Origin: Candidatus Latescibacterota bacterium
Lineage (GTDB): Bacteria > Latescibacterota > UBA2968 > GCA-2709665
Reading direction: 5' to 3'
DNA: 64,000 bases
NCBI GenBank assembly: GCA_965237675.1
Contig: OZ250150.1
Coordinates: 3,392,001-3,456,000 of the forward strand
A program made the translations under genes and the position numbers. The stretch's first letter is position 1. Each line of letters opens with the position of its first letter. The notes under the pieces were generated by a model. It worked only from the letters and a program-made list of their open reading frames with translations, was not told the origin of the DNA and made no database searches. This document shows positions 8,474 to 18,828 of this stretch, one piece after another.

Positions 8474-10873
8474 ATGGGTTATCCAGTGACACAATCAGGT
8501 TCGCCCGCATCACCGGAACGGAAGCCAGTCTCGTCATCCGGCGTGCGCCGTACGGACTCGAAGCGGTATCGCGGGGGTTTTATTTCAAGACATAGCCCGG
8601 GGTGGATGTTGGTTCTTGTTGGCGCCATGCTGGTTTGTACCGTACGGACCGGCGCCGTCGAAACAGATCCTCCGTCCACATTCCAGGATAGTGTGGATAT
8701 CCTGCTGGCAGACATCCCTCTCGAATCGCTTATGGCCAAATATGGCGATTCACTGTACAGGCCGCCTGAAGGCCGCGCGCGGATTCTGAGGGATCGTTAT
8801 GGGGTGCCTCATATTTACGGTCAGCGGGACGTCGACGTGGCGTTCGGATTCGGCTACGCGCAAGCCCAGGATCACCTGGTATCCATGTTGCTGAACTACC
8901 GGGCGGCGGCGGGAACGGCGTCGGAAGTGTTGGGGCCCGGCCACCTGGAGAGCGACGCGCGGGCGTTGCTCTGGCGAATCCGGAGTGTGGCCGTAGAACG
9001 ATACGGTGCACTGCCCCCCGAGACTCGGGATCTGATCGGCGCATTCGCGGACGGCGTAAACCACTACATCGACGTCTACAGGAAGGGGTTGCCGGATTGG
9101 GTGGCGCATGTGGGCGGCACCGACGTCGTGGCGCTGTCCCGGTGGCTGGTGATGTTGTTTGCGGAGCAGACGGGGCGCCCCGAACTGGCACAGAAGGGGC
9201 TGATGCCATTCCTGCGTACCGAGGCGACCGCAAATATGTGGGTTGTCGGAGGCTCTCGGACCGACGAGGGAAACCCGGTGTTTGTGATGGATCTGCACTT
9301 GCCGTGGCAAGCGCCCTTTCGGACGTATGAGGCCCATCTGGAGAGCCGCGAGGGACTGAGTGTCGGCGGCGCCACCTTTTTTGGTCTGCCTGTAATTCTG
9401 GTCGGACATAACCGGCACATCGCATGGTCGCTGGCGGTAAACGAGGCCGATATATTCGACCTGTATGAATTGAAGCTGGATCCGGCCAATCGGAAGCGGT
9501 ATGTGTATGAAAAGGAAAAAAGGCGTATGGCCACGCATCGCGTCCGGATCCGGGTCAAGGAGCCGCAGGGAATCCGAGAGGTGGAGCGCGAAATGCTCTA
9601 TTCACACCACGGGCCGATCTACAAGGCCGTGGAGGGATGGGCGTATGCGGGACGGTGCAGCGCCGAGGAGGTCGTCAATACGATAGGGCAGTTTTATATG
9701 ATCAATCGGGCCGTGGATCTGGAGGCGTTCCAGGGCGCGTTACGGATGCTCGAGCTACCGATGTTCCACGTCATTTATGGCGATGTGGAGGGGCGCCTGT
9801 TATATGTCTTCAATGCGCGCAGCCCGGTCCGGGCGGAAGAATTCGACTGGAAAAGTCCGGTCCCTGGCTGGGTGCCGGACACGGCTTGGAGGGGTGTAAA
9901 GGGGTACGAGGAACTCCCGCGGATCGTGAATCCGGAGGCAGATTTCCTGCAGAATTGCAATGTCGCGCCCGAATTCGTTACCACCGGCAGCGGCCTCCTG
10001 CCAATGGACTTTGCACCTTACCTGGGCTGGGGCGGGTACAACGACCGGGGGCAGCGCCTGATGACCTGGCTGTCCACGAATCAGACGGCATCGGTGCACC
10101 AGCTGAAAGAACTGGCACGAGACACCTATCTGATTGCGGCAGAGGAAACGAAGGGTTTCGTCTTGCGAGCGTACAATCGAACGTGGCACGAAATATACGA
10201 TCCGGACGGACGGGTCGCCCGGGCCGTGGAGCTTCTGCGCGGGTGGGACAACCGGGCGTCGGTCGCGAGCCGTGCAACATTGTTGTTCTCGATCTGGAAA
10301 TCAAGATTTGGTCTGCTTCTTGCCGGTGTCTTGCCAGAGCAACTGGGTCATGTACCGGTTTTGGAGAAACTGGCGCTCGAGGCATTGAGAATGGCCGTCG
10401 AGCATATGATGGCGACGTATGGACGGTTGGACGTACCCTGGGGAGAGGTGCACGTGATTGAACGGGGTGAGCGTCTATTCCCGGTGGGCGGTTCGCCGCC
10501 CAGGATCCAGGCGTTGCATACAACCTGGTCAATGCCGGATGAGGACGGCCGGTTTCGCGTCCGCGGCGGATCAGCGTATACGATGGTGGTGGAACTTGCG
10601 GATTCCGTTCGATCCTGGAGCCTTCAGGCTCTCGGCAACAGTGAGGATCCGGAGTCTGCCCATTTTCACGATCAGGCGGCGATGCAGGCAGCCGGGGAAC
10701 TGAAGCGGTTTCAATTTAACACGGAAGAAATCAATACGGACCTGCAGTCGGTGGTCACCGTGCCGCTGGAGCAGGCGGAGGTGGACCGGGAGCGGTTTCG
10801 TGTTCGGTGGAAGCAGGAGGTCTCTGCGTCCGGCGAGATGATGGATCAGGAGCCTGGAGACGGAGGCAGGTGA
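8474..10873 (+). CDS. Penicillin/cephalosporin acylase family (Ntn-hydrolase, S45) protein; start uncertain
   Basis: RDRYGVPHIYG, FGFGYAQAQD, LHLPW, GHNRHIAWS, LQNCN, HFHDQA. Hydrophobic signal-like stretch WMLVLVGAMLVC near the N-terminus. Confidence 0.88.
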   Translation: MGYPVTQSGSPASPERKPVSSSGVRRTDSKRYRGGFISRHSPGWMLVLVGAMLVCTVRTGAVETDPPSTFQDSVDILLADIPLESLMAKYGDSLYRPPEGRARILRDRYGVPHIYGQRDVDVAFGFGYAQAQDHLVSMLLNYRAAAGTASEVLGPGHLESDARALLWRIRSVAVERYGALPPETRDLIGAFADGVNHYIDVYRKGLPDWVAHVGGTDVVALSRWLVMLFAEQTGRPELAQKGLMPFLRTEATANMWVVGGSRTDEGNPVFVMDLHLPWQAPFRTYEAHLESREGLSVGGATFFGLPVILVGHNRHIAWSLAVNEADIFDLYELKLDPANRKRYVYEKEKRRMATHRVRIRVKEPQGIREVEREMLYSHHGPIYKAVEGWAYAGRCSAEEVVNTIGQFYMINRAVDLEAFQGALRMLELPMFHVIYGDVEGRLLYVFNARSPVRAEEFDWKSPVPGWVPDTAWRGVKGYEELPRIVNPEADFLQNCNVAPEFVTTGSGLLPMDFAPYLGWGGYNDRGQRLMTWLSTNQTASVHQLKELARDTYLIAAEETKGFVLRAYNRTWHEIYDPDGRVARAVELLRGWDNRASVASRATLLFSIWKSRFGLLLAGVLPEQLGHVPVLEKLALEALRMAVEHMMATYGRLDVPWGEVHVIERGERLFPVGGSPPRIQALHTTWSMPDEDGRFRVRGGSAYTMVVELADSVRSWSLQALGNSEDPESAHFHDQAAMQAAGELKRFQFNTEEINTDLQSVVTVPLEQAEVDRERFRVRWKQEVSASGEMMDQEPGDGGR

Positions 10874-10888
10874 ATCGTGTTGCCCAGC

Positions 10889-11644
10889 ATGAGGTTGGAG
10901 GACAAGGTCGTGATGGTCACCGGTGCGGGCTCCGGCATCGGCAGGGCCGTGGCCATAGCCGTGGCCGAGGCGGGCGCGCACTGTGTGCCCTGTGAATTGC
11001 CTGAAAGGATCGATGAACTGGACGGCGTTTGCGCCGATATCGAACATCTGGAGCGGCGTGCGCTGCCCGTATCCTTGCGCCTGCCGGATATGGACAGTAT
11101 CGAACTTGCGGTTGAGAGGGCCGTGACGGAGATGGGGCGGATTGACGTGCTGGTGAACAATGCCGGCGTCAATATACCCAGAGACGCGCTCGACGTCGAT
11201 GAGGCGGACTGGGACGACGTCATGGATGTGAATCTGAAAGGGCTGTTCTTCATGTCCCAGCGCGTTGGCCGGCGGATGGTGAACGCCGGCGCTGGAAAGA
11301 TTGTAAATATCGCCTCGCAGAACGGGGTGATCGGGTACTATCGCCGCGCGGCCTACTGTTCGAGCAAAGCCGGTGTGGTGAATCTGACCCGCGTGCTGGC
11401 GCTGGAGTGGGCGCCACACGGCATTACCGTGAATGCAGTGGGTCCCACGTTTATCCTGACGCCTCTGACGCAGTCCACATTTGACGATCCGGCACTGCGT
11501 GAGGACCTGTTAAAGCGGATTCCGCTCGGTCGGGTGGGGCGGCCTGAGGACGTTGTGGGGGCGGTGGTTTTCCTCGCGAGCCCGGCCGCGGATCTGATAA
11601 CGGGCCATACGTTGCTTGTGGACGGTGGCTGGACGGCGGTATAG
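10889..11644 (+). CDS. SDR family oxidoreductase (gluconate 5-dehydrogenase/KduD-like)
   Basis: TGAGSGIG, NNAG, YCSSK, VDGGW. Confidence 0.92.
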   Translation: MRLEDKVVMVTGAGSGIGRAVAIAVAEAGAHCVPCELPERIDELDGVCADIEHLERRALPVSLRLPDMDSIELAVERAVTEMGRIDVLVNNAGVNIPRDALDVDEADWDDVMDVNLKGLFFMSQRVGRRMVNAGAGKIVNIASQNGVIGYYRRAAYCSSKAGVVNLTRVLALEWAPHGITVNAVGPTFILTPLTQSTFDDPALREDLLKRIPLGRVGRPEDVVGAVVFLASPAADLITGHTLLVDGGWTAV

Positions 11645-11718
11645 GACCGAATATCGGCGGGCCGTTTCCGGGGTGTGTTACCTGTCGTGCCGAACGCCTG
11701 CCGGCACGGGATGGGCGA

Positions 11719-12675
11719 ATGGATTCGCAAGAGATCGCCGAAGTCGCCGTGATCGGGGCCGGAACAATGGGGCCCGGAATCGCCGACCTGTTCGCCAGGG
11801 CGGGATGCCGCGTGCGCCTGGTAGACGTGAGCGATGCATTGTTGGATCAGGCAATGGCGCGCCTGCGGCTGAGTCAGCAGGCACTGATTGAAGCGGGCAT
11901 GCTGCTTCCCCGCGACGCCGATGCGGCCGCATCGCGGGTGACGACGACAACGGATCTGGACAAAGCGTGTGACGGGTCCGGGTTTCTGTTGGAGGCCGTG
12001 ACCGAAGACCTGGCGTTGAAGCAGGAGTTGTTCGCAAGATGCGCCAGGCTGTGCCCGCGAGAAACCGTTCTGGCCACCAATACGTCCGGGCTGTCCGTAA
12101 CCGCCATTGCCGGCGCGACCGGTCGCCCCGACAGGGTGGGGGGGATGCATTTCTGGAATCCGCCGCATTTGATTCCCCTGGTGGAAGTGATACGCGGCGA
12201 TCAGACCTCCGACGATACGGCCGGACTGTTGAAATCGGTTGCACTGAGGCTGGACAAGAAGCCGATCATGGTGCGGAGGGATATCCCCGGGTTCGTGGGC
12301 AACCGGCTTCAGTTTGCCGTGGTACGGGAGGCGCTCCATCTGCTGGCGTCGGGTGTGGCGTCGGCGGAAGATATTGATACGGCGATGACCGCGGGCCCCG
12401 GGCTCCGGTACAGCTTTATGGGGCCGCTGCGGACGGCCGATCTGGGCGGATTGGACGTGTTTCGAGCCATCAGCAGCTATCTGTTCGCCCAGCTGGGCGC
12501 GGAACGGGAGGCGCCCGAGCTGTTGAACGCGCTTGTTGGACATGGAAAACTGGGTGCGAAGTCGGGATCGGGGTTTTACAGTTATTCCGGTGCCGACGTG
12601 GAGCGGATTATACGACACCGGGACCGGATCTTGTTGAGGTTGATGGAGGTCCTCAAAGCGGACGAGGATGTGTGA
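11719..12675 (+). CDS. 3-hydroxyacyl-CoA dehydrogenase
   Basis: IGAGTMG, EAVTEDL, TNTS, HFWNPP..PLVE, PGFVGNRLQ, GKLGAKSG.GFY. Confidence 0.93.
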   Translation: MDSQEIAEVAVIGAGTMGPGIADLFARAGCRVRLVDVSDALLDQAMARLRLSQQALIEAGMLLPRDADAAASRVTTTTDLDKACDGSGFLLEAVTEDLALKQELFARCARLCPRETVLATNTSGLSVTAIAGATGRPDRVGGMHFWNPPHLIPLVEVIRGDQTSDDTAGLLKSVALRLDKKPIMVRRDIPGFVGNRLQFAVVREALHLLASGVASAEDIDTAMTAGPGLRYSFMGPLRTADLGGLDVFRAISSYLFAQLGAEREAPELLNALVGHGKLGAKSGSGFYSYSGADVERIIRHRDRILLRLMEVLKADEDV

Positions 12676-13675
12676 TATGACGGAGTTGGCAACCGGCAGG
12701 GGGCCGTTGTTTACAGACCCCGATCCCGAGGCGGCGCGCATTTTCTTCCGCAAGAAGCGCGCCGCGTTCGAAGATAAAGTGACGTCCGTCCGCGATGCGG
12801 TGTCCCGATTCGTAAAGGACGGGGACTATGTCGCTTCGGGCGGGTTCGGCACGAACCGGATTTCGACCGCGTGCATGCACGAGATCCTGCGGCAGGGCAA
12901 GCAGGATCTGGGTTTTGCGGGGCATACGACCACCCACGACTTCGAGATTCTGGCTGCCGGAAATCGGAATGGTCGGAAGCTGCTATCGCGGGTTGACGCG
13001 GCGTATATCGTCGGATTGGAGGCGAGGGGGTTGTCGCCGCAAGCCCGGCGGACGATGGAAAGTGGCGAAGTCACCGTGTGTGAGTGGTCGAACTTTACCC
13101 TGGCGGCGCGTTTCCGGGCCGCGGCCGCGGGGGTTCCGTTTATGCCGATGCGGAGTCTGCTGGGCACCGACACCTTCGAGCGCAGTGCAGCCAGGGAGAT
13201 CATCTGTCCGTTTACGGGGCACAGACTTCTGGCCGTGCCGGCTCTGTATCCCGACGTTTCGTTTATCCACGTGCACGAAAGTGATCCATGCGGAAATTGT
13301 CGGATCCAGGGAATTGTCGTGGCCGATTTCGACCTCGCGCGCGCGTCCAAACGGCTGGTCGTTACAACGGAACGACTCGTGAGTACCGATGAGATTCGGC
13401 GGACGCCGGAGGCGACGGCGATTCCGGCGTTTTGCGTGGACGCCGTCTGCGAGGTGCCGTTCGGTTCGTATCCGGGAAATATGTCGGGCGAGTATTTCTC
13501 GGACGAGGACCATCTGAAGGAATGGCTGGAAGTTGAACGGGATGAGGAAAGGTTTGAAGCCTTTCTTCAGAAGTATATCTATGGAGTGGAACACTTTGAG
13601 CAGTACGTGCACCTGTGCGGCGGGACGGAGCGCATAGACGAACTGCGTGAACTGGAGTTGCATCCGGGGTCGTAG
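12668..13675 (+). CDS. CoA-transferase subunit A (glutaconate/3-oxoadipate type)
   Basis: Coenzyme A transferase family I alpha features: AAAAGVPFMPMRSLLGTD, CPFTG, VCEVPFGSYP. Confidence 0.88.
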   Translation: MCDMTELATGRGPLFTDPDPEAARIFFRKKRAAFEDKVTSVRDAVSRFVKDGDYVASGGFGTNRISTACMHEILRQGKQDLGFAGHTTTHDFEILAAGNRNGRKLLSRVDAAYIVGLEARGLSPQARRTMESGEVTVCEWSNFTLAARFRAAAAGVPFMPMRSLLGTDTFERSAAREIICPFTGHRLLAVPALYPDVSFIHVHESDPCGNCRIQGIVVADFDLARASKRLVVTTERLVSTDEIRRTPEATAIPAFCVDAVCEVPFGSYPGNMSGEYFSDEDHLKEWLEVERDEERFEAFLQKYIYGVEHFEQYVHLCGGTERIDELRELELHPGS

Positions 13676-13750
13676 CAAGTCCACTGGTAAAGAGGACCGG
13701 TTGTTTTCCGGCATATTTGCAGGCGGCAACGCGGCTGGAAGGAGAAGCGC

Positions 13751-14518
13751 ATGCCTGAATACAGCGCCACTGAACTGGCGATTTGCACGGCATCCAGAAT
13801 GCTGGAAGACGGTGCGACGGTGGGTGTCGGAACCGGGGCGCCGTGTGCCACGACGATGCTTGCCCAGAAACATCATGCCCCACATTTGCTGGTGGCCTTT
13901 GAAGCGGGTGGTCTTGCGCCGCTGCTGCCGTCCATGCCCATATCGGTTGGGGATTCGAGGACGTTCTTTCGAGCGCAGATGGCTACCAGTATGGGCGACG
14001 TCATGGAGGCGTGTCAGCGCGGGATGATGGATTACGCTTTTTTGGGCGGGGCTCAGATCGATCCGTTCGGTAATTTGAACTCAACGGTTATTGGGGATCA
14101 CGCACATCCAACCGTACGGTTTCCTGGAAGTGGTGGCGGGAACGACTTCGCCAGTCTGTGCTGGCATACGCTGGTCATGACGCAGCACGACCGAAGGAGA
14201 TTTGTGGAACGGCTGGATTTTCTGACCACACCGGGCTTCCTGTCGGGACCGGGCGCCCGCGAAGCGGCAGGGTTGCCGCGTGGCGGTGGACCCCTCAAGG
14301 TAATCACGGATCTGGCGGTGATGGGGTACCATCCTGACACGTGTCGGATGCAGGTGGAGAGTCTGCATCCGGGAGTTACGTTCGAAACGGTTCAGGGAAA
14401 CACCGGATTCGAGTTGTCGCTGGCGCCGGAGGCGGGCGAGACGGCGCCGCCCGACGAGGACGAATTGCGCATCCTGAGGGAAGAGGTGGATCCCTACCGG
14501 TACATTATTGGCAGATGA
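13751..14518 (+). CDS. CoA-transferase subunit B (glutaconate/3-oxoadipate type)
   Basis: VGTG, FEAG (catalytic Glu), FLGGAQIDPFGNLN, PGSGGGND, FVERLDFLTTPG, SLHPGV. Confidence 0.9.
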   Translation: MPEYSATELAICTASRMLEDGATVGVGTGAPCATTMLAQKHHAPHLLVAFEAGGLAPLLPSMPISVGDSRTFFRAQMATSMGDVMEACQRGMMDYAFLGGAQIDPFGNLNSTVIGDHAHPTVRFPGSGGGNDFASLCWHTLVMTQHDRRRFVERLDFLTTPGFLSGPGAREAAGLPRGGGPLKVITDLAVMGYHPDTCRMQVESLHPGVTFETVQGNTGFELSLAPEAGETAPPDEDELRILREEVDPYRYIIGR

Positions 14519-14535
14519 AAGGCGGAGGTGTCCGA

Positions 14536-15398
14536 TGGCATCCGTAAGCGAGATATATCGGTTCGACGAACTGACCTGGCCGGAAGTGAATGAAGCTGTA
14601 CGGATGGGCAAGATACCCATTATTCCAACGGGATCCGTGGAACAGCACGGGCATCATCTGCCGCTCAAGGTGGACCATCTCTGCGCCAATGCGGTGGCAA
14701 CCGAGGCTGCCAGGCGGAAGCCGGAGTTGAGCCTCGTGTTGCCGCCGGTCAGCTATGGCTACGTCCACCACGTCATGGACTTTCCGGGTTCATTGAACAT
14801 CCATTTTGAGCATTTTATACAGTATGTGCTGGATATCTGCAAGAGTCTGGCCTATCATGGGTTCAAGAAGATGATTCTCGTGAATGGCCACGGTTCCAAC
14901 CACAATCTCGTGGATATCGTGGCCAGGCGCGTGATTGTGGAGACGGACGCGAGCTGCGTGTTCTGTTCCTGGTGGCAGTTGTTGAACGTGAATCCGGATT
15001 TCGACAAGAAGTGGCGCGAAAGCGTTTTTCCCGGCGGCTGCGCCCACGCGGGCGAACTGGAGACGTCGATGATGCTGTATCTGGCGCCCGAGAGCGTGCG
15101 TACGGATCGGATCAGGAGTGAGATCGCGAAGACGAATAAACTAGGGTCGAAATTCGTCTGGACGGATCTGTTCGCCAAGGGAGCGATGGGGTTGATTGAG
15201 TGGACAAGCCAGTATACGGACAGCGGCGTGATGGGCGAGGCGGAAAAGGCGACGGCGGCTAAGGGAAAAATCGTATTCGAGGAGGCCAGCAGGAATCTGG
15301 CGGAGTTTATCGAGGAATACCACGCGATGAAAATTGCCGAACGTACACCGCACCAGAAAGATGCGCCCACGTCTCCATTGTCGTTTCCCACGGATTAG
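14536..15398 (+). CDS. Creatininase family amidohydrolase
   Basis: EQHGHHLPLKVD, NGHGSN, HAGELETS. GGAGGT RBS before ATG 14536. Confidence 0.9.
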
Positions 15399-15515
15399 TT
15401 TCTTATCTCCGAAGCCGCGCGAGCAATGGGTCGATGACGACCGGTCTGCAATCGAGCCGGGGAAGCGCTCGGCCGAGGGTGATCCTTCGGGGTTGTTTCC
15501 TAAAGGGGGTTCAGA

Positions 15516-16484
15516 ATGAAGCTTGTTACATATGGGATTGGAAGAGACCGGTATGTGGGGTCCGTAGTGGCCGATGGCAGAATCGTCGTGGATCTCGCGG
15601 CCGCTGAAAGGGAGTTGGCCAGCAGCCAGGGTCGGGAGGCGCGTGGATTCTTTGACAATATGCTTGTGTTGCTCGATGTCGGGAGGGCGGGCCTGCGCAC
15701 GGCGAAGCAGGTATCGCGAATGGCTGAGGAGCAGATGGGAGGCACGCCGGACGGCCGGCTTGGCCATCCGATCGGAAAAGTTCGGCTCAAAGCGCCCGTG
15801 CCTGACCCGCGCAAGGTGTTCTGCCTGGCCGGCAACTACCAGGACCACATTGAAGAAGGCGGGGGAAAACTGGCGATTCAGGACATGGAAACCCCGCGGG
15901 TGTTCATGAAGCCGCCGTCTACGACGGTGATCGGCCCCGGAGACAGCATTCTGATACCGCCGGTGGCCAGGTCGGTCGACTGGGAGGGGGAGTTGGCCGT
16001 GGTGATGGGGCGAAGGGCCAAGGGTGTGAGTGCTGACGATGCGCTCAAATACGTAGCCGGATACACCATTATGAACGACGTGTCAGAAAGGGACCTGCTG
16101 ATTAAGGATCGTACGGAAAGCCGGGACCGCGACAAGTGGTTCGATTGGCTGAACGGAAAATGGCTGGATACGTTCGGACCGCAGGGGCCATGGATTGTGA
16201 CGTCCGACGAGATTCCGAATCCTCAGGCTCTGGAAATAAGCACCTACGTGAATGGCGAGAGAAAGCAGAACAACAATACGGGGCAGATGTTGTATCCGGT
16301 CAACAAGATTATCGAGTATATTTCCACCATAATCACCCTCGAGCCGGGTGATCTGATCAGTACCGGAACCATTTCAGGAGTGGGCGCGACCACCGGAACC
16401 TTCATGAAGCCGGGTGACCGTGTGGAGATCGAGATCTCCGGTATCGGGGTGTTGCGGAATCGCGTGGCGGCAAGCAAGCGCTGA
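15516..16484 (+). CDS. Fumarylacetoacetate hydrolase family protein
   Basis: GNY, DWEGEL, NDVSER, GKWLDTF, GDLISTGT. Confidence 0.92.
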   Translation: MKLVTYGIGRDRYVGSVVADGRIVVDLAAAERELASSQGREARGFFDNMLVLLDVGRAGLRTAKQVSRMAEEQMGGTPDGRLGHPIGKVRLKAPVPDPRKVFCLAGNYQDHIEEGGGKLAIQDMETPRVFMKPPSTTVIGPGDSILIPPVARSVDWEGELAVVMGRRAKGVSADDALKYVAGYTIMNDVSERDLLIKDRTESRDRDKWFDWLNGKWLDTFGPQGPWIVTSDEIPNPQALEISTYVNGERKQNNNTGQMLYPVNKIIEYISTIITLEPGDLISTGTISGVGATTGTFMKPGDRVEIEISGIGVLRNRVAASKR

Positions 16485-16558
16485 GGGGGTGAGGCGCGGG
16501 GCGGAAGTTGGCGTCGCTGGTGAGCGTCGGCGTGTTTCGGAATTGAACGGATGGTGAT

Positions 16559-17590
16559 ATGGACGCAAGGAGCAAACGCAAAATCAATTGGTACAGGTAT
16601 ACCCTGGACCGGGAAACGCTGAACGCCTTGAATCGACGCAGCGACTTCAAGGGGTTTTTACAGACCCTGGGTCACCTCGGCGTGCTCGCCCTCACGGGCG
16701 CCTTTGCCTGGTATGCATCGGAAAATCTCGCGCTGCCGTTCCTGATCGTGGCCCTGTTCCTGCATGGAACCGGCTACGCGTTCCTGCTGAACGGATTCCA
16801 CGAGTTCTGTCACGGCACGGTGTTCAAATCGAAATGGTTGAACGTGGTGTTTCTGAAGGTCTTCAGTTTTATGGGCTGGTACAATCCCGTTTTCTTCTGG
16901 ACAAGCCACTCGAAGCACCACCGTTATACTCTCCATCCGCCCGATGATATGGAAGTTGTGCTTCCGGTGGAGATAACGCTTGGGAGTTTTCTCAAGGCCG
17001 CGGTCGTCAATCCCTGGGGGTTGTACAACAGATTGAAGGGGGTCGTTCGCCTGAGTTTCGGTAATTTGGAGGGTCCATGGGAACGCACGCTGTTCCCCGA
17101 GTCGGATCGCGCTCTGCGGCGGCGCCTGTTCAACTGGGCCCGTATCCTGCTGGCGGGGCACACGGTGCTTGTGGGCTTGTCGCTATATCTGGGTCTGTGG
17201 ACGCTTCCGGTATTGATCACGCTGGCCCCGTTCTACGGTGGGTGGTTGCTATTCCTTTGCAACAATACGCAACACGTGGGCCTTCAGGACAACGTGCCGG
17301 ATTTCCGGTTGAATAGCCGGACGGTGATATTGAACCCCCTGTTTCGGTTTCTCTATTGGCATATGAATTACCACATCGAACATCATATGTTCGCCGCTGT
17401 TCCCTGCTATCATCTGGGAAAACTGCACAAGTTGATCAAGGCCGAAATGCCCGGGTGTCCGGTCGGCCTCGTAGCGTGCTGGACCGAGATTGTCGGCATT
17501 TTGAAAAAGCAGAAGGCGGACTCCCATTACCAGTTTGTACCGGATCTGCCAAGGCCGGTCGATAACTACGAGCCAAAGCCTGCTGATTGA
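16559..17590 (+). CDS. Membrane fatty-acid-desaturase-fold di-iron oxygenase (MocD-like)
   Basis: Three His boxes HEFCH, HSKHH, QH...HIEHH plus hydrophobic segments. Confidence 0.85.
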   Translation: MDARSKRKINWYRYTLDRETLNALNRRSDFKGFLQTLGHLGVLALTGAFAWYASENLALPFLIVALFLHGTGYAFLLNGFHEFCHGTVFKSKWLNVVFLKVFSFMGWYNPVFFWTSHSKHHRYTLHPPDDMEVVLPVEITLGSFLKAAVVNPWGLYNRLKGVVRLSFGNLEGPWERTLFPESDRALRRRLFNWARILLAGHTVLVGLSLYLGLWTLPVLITLAPFYGGWLLFLCNNTQHVGLQDNVPDFRLNSRTVILNPLFRFLYWHMNYHIEHHMFAAVPCYHLGKLHKLIKAEMPGCPVGLVACWTEIVGILKKQKADSHYQFVPDLPRPVDNYEPKPAD

Positions 17591-18828
17591 CCTCCTCTTT
17601 CAAAACCCCATTCCTCGAAGGACCTATTGCCACCGTGGCCGACCGCCCGAAGATCGCCGCCATTGTTACCGAGTACCGCAAGTACTCCCACGCCCAGCAC
17701 ATCTGCGACCGCTTTCTCGAAGGTTACGGATGGAACGGCCGGCATCACCGCGCGCCCATGGACCTGGTTTCGCTGTACGTAGACCAGCGCCCCGAAGGCG
17801 ACCTGAGCCGCGAACGGGCTGCCCGGTTTCCCGGCATGGTTATCTATCCCACCGTGGGCGACGCCCTGACTCTGGGCGGCAGTGAACTGGCCGTAGACGG
17901 GGTCCTGCTCGTGGGCGAACACGGCCAGTACGGCACCAACGAAAAGGGACAGCACCTCTATCCGCGTTACGAGTTGTTCAAGCAGATCGCGGCGGTGTAC
18001 CGCACCTCGGGCAGGTGCGCGCCGGTTTTCAACGACAAGCATCTGTCGTGGCGCTGGGAGTGGGCTAGGGAGATGTACGATATATCTCTGGAGATGGGGT
18101 TCGCCTTTATGGCCGGTTCGTCGCTCCCGGTGACGTGGCGCACGCCCTCCATCGACATGCCGCTGGACGCCCGCGTGACGGAAGCCATGTGTATCGGCTA
18201 CGGCGGGGTGGACAGCTACGATTTCCACGCTCTGGAGACCCTGCAGTGTATGGTCGAGCGACGCAGGGGCGGCGAAAGCGGCGTGCGCTGGATCGACACC
18301 TACCGCGGCGAGCGCTTCTGGCAAGCGCACCACGACTGCGTCTGGTCTCGGGAGTTGTTCGGGGCCTGCCTGGCGCGCAGTCATACGCTCACGCCGGCCC
18401 GCGCCGGGTTCAACCACGTGTTTCCGACCCTGGACGAGATGAAAACGCTCGAGGAGGATCCCATTGCCTATCGGTACGAGCACCACGACGGCCTGCTATC
18501 AACCATGATTCTGCTCAACGGTCTGGTGCGGGACTTCAATTTCGCGGCGTACCTGCCAGGGCGGGGTGAACCCCTGTCCACACAGATGTACCTGCCCATG
18601 CCGCCGGCGCACACGACGCTGGCGAATTTCTTCTCGCCTCAGGTTAACAACGTGGAGAAGATGTTCCTCACCGGAAAGGCCACGTACCCCGTCGAGCGCA
18701 CCCTGCTTACAACGGGACTCGTGGCCGCCGCCGTGGACAGTCTGAACCAGGACCAGGTCCGTATTTCCACACCGCATCTCCGCGTACCGTACAGGCCCAA
18801 CCCCGAATCGACCTTCTGGAGAACATAA
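17587..18828 (+). CDS. Conserved hypothetical protein, distant Gfo/Idh/MocA-like oxidoreductase (paralogue 1)
   Basis: 413 aa. VDGVLLVGEHG, FNDKHLS, MAGSSL, YDFHALE. Clear paralogue of the next gene. Confidence 0.75.
   Translation: MTSSFKTPFLEGPIATVADRPKIAAIVTEYRKYSHAQHICDRFLEGYGWNGRHHRAPMDLVSLYVDQRPEGDLSRERAARFPGMVIYPTVGDALTLGGSELAVDGVLLVGEHGQYGTNEKGQHLYPRYELFKQIAAVYRTSGRCAPVFNDKHLSWRWEWAREMYDISLEMGFAFMAGSSLPVTWRTPSIDMPLDARVTEAMCIGYGGVDSYDFHALETLQCMVERRRGGESGVRWIDTYRGERFWQAHHDCVWSRELFGACLARSHTLTPARAGFNHVFPTLDEMKTLEEDPIAYRYEHHDGLLSTMILLNGLVRDFNFAAYLPGRGEPLSTQMYLPMPPAHTTLANFFSPQVNNVEKMFLTGKATYPVERTLLTTGLVAAAVDSLNQDQVRISTPHLRVPYRPNPESTFWRT

Noticed and set aside
11353-12753. Long antisense and overlapping ORFs (also 32997-34223 and 51665-52798)
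   Set aside because: Shadow frames of well-supported genes, as expected at high GC.
14536-15398. Mycofactocin MftE / RiPP cluster
   Set aside because: No radical SAM enzyme, precursor peptide or MftB/C/D genes. A generic creatininase-family call is sufficient.
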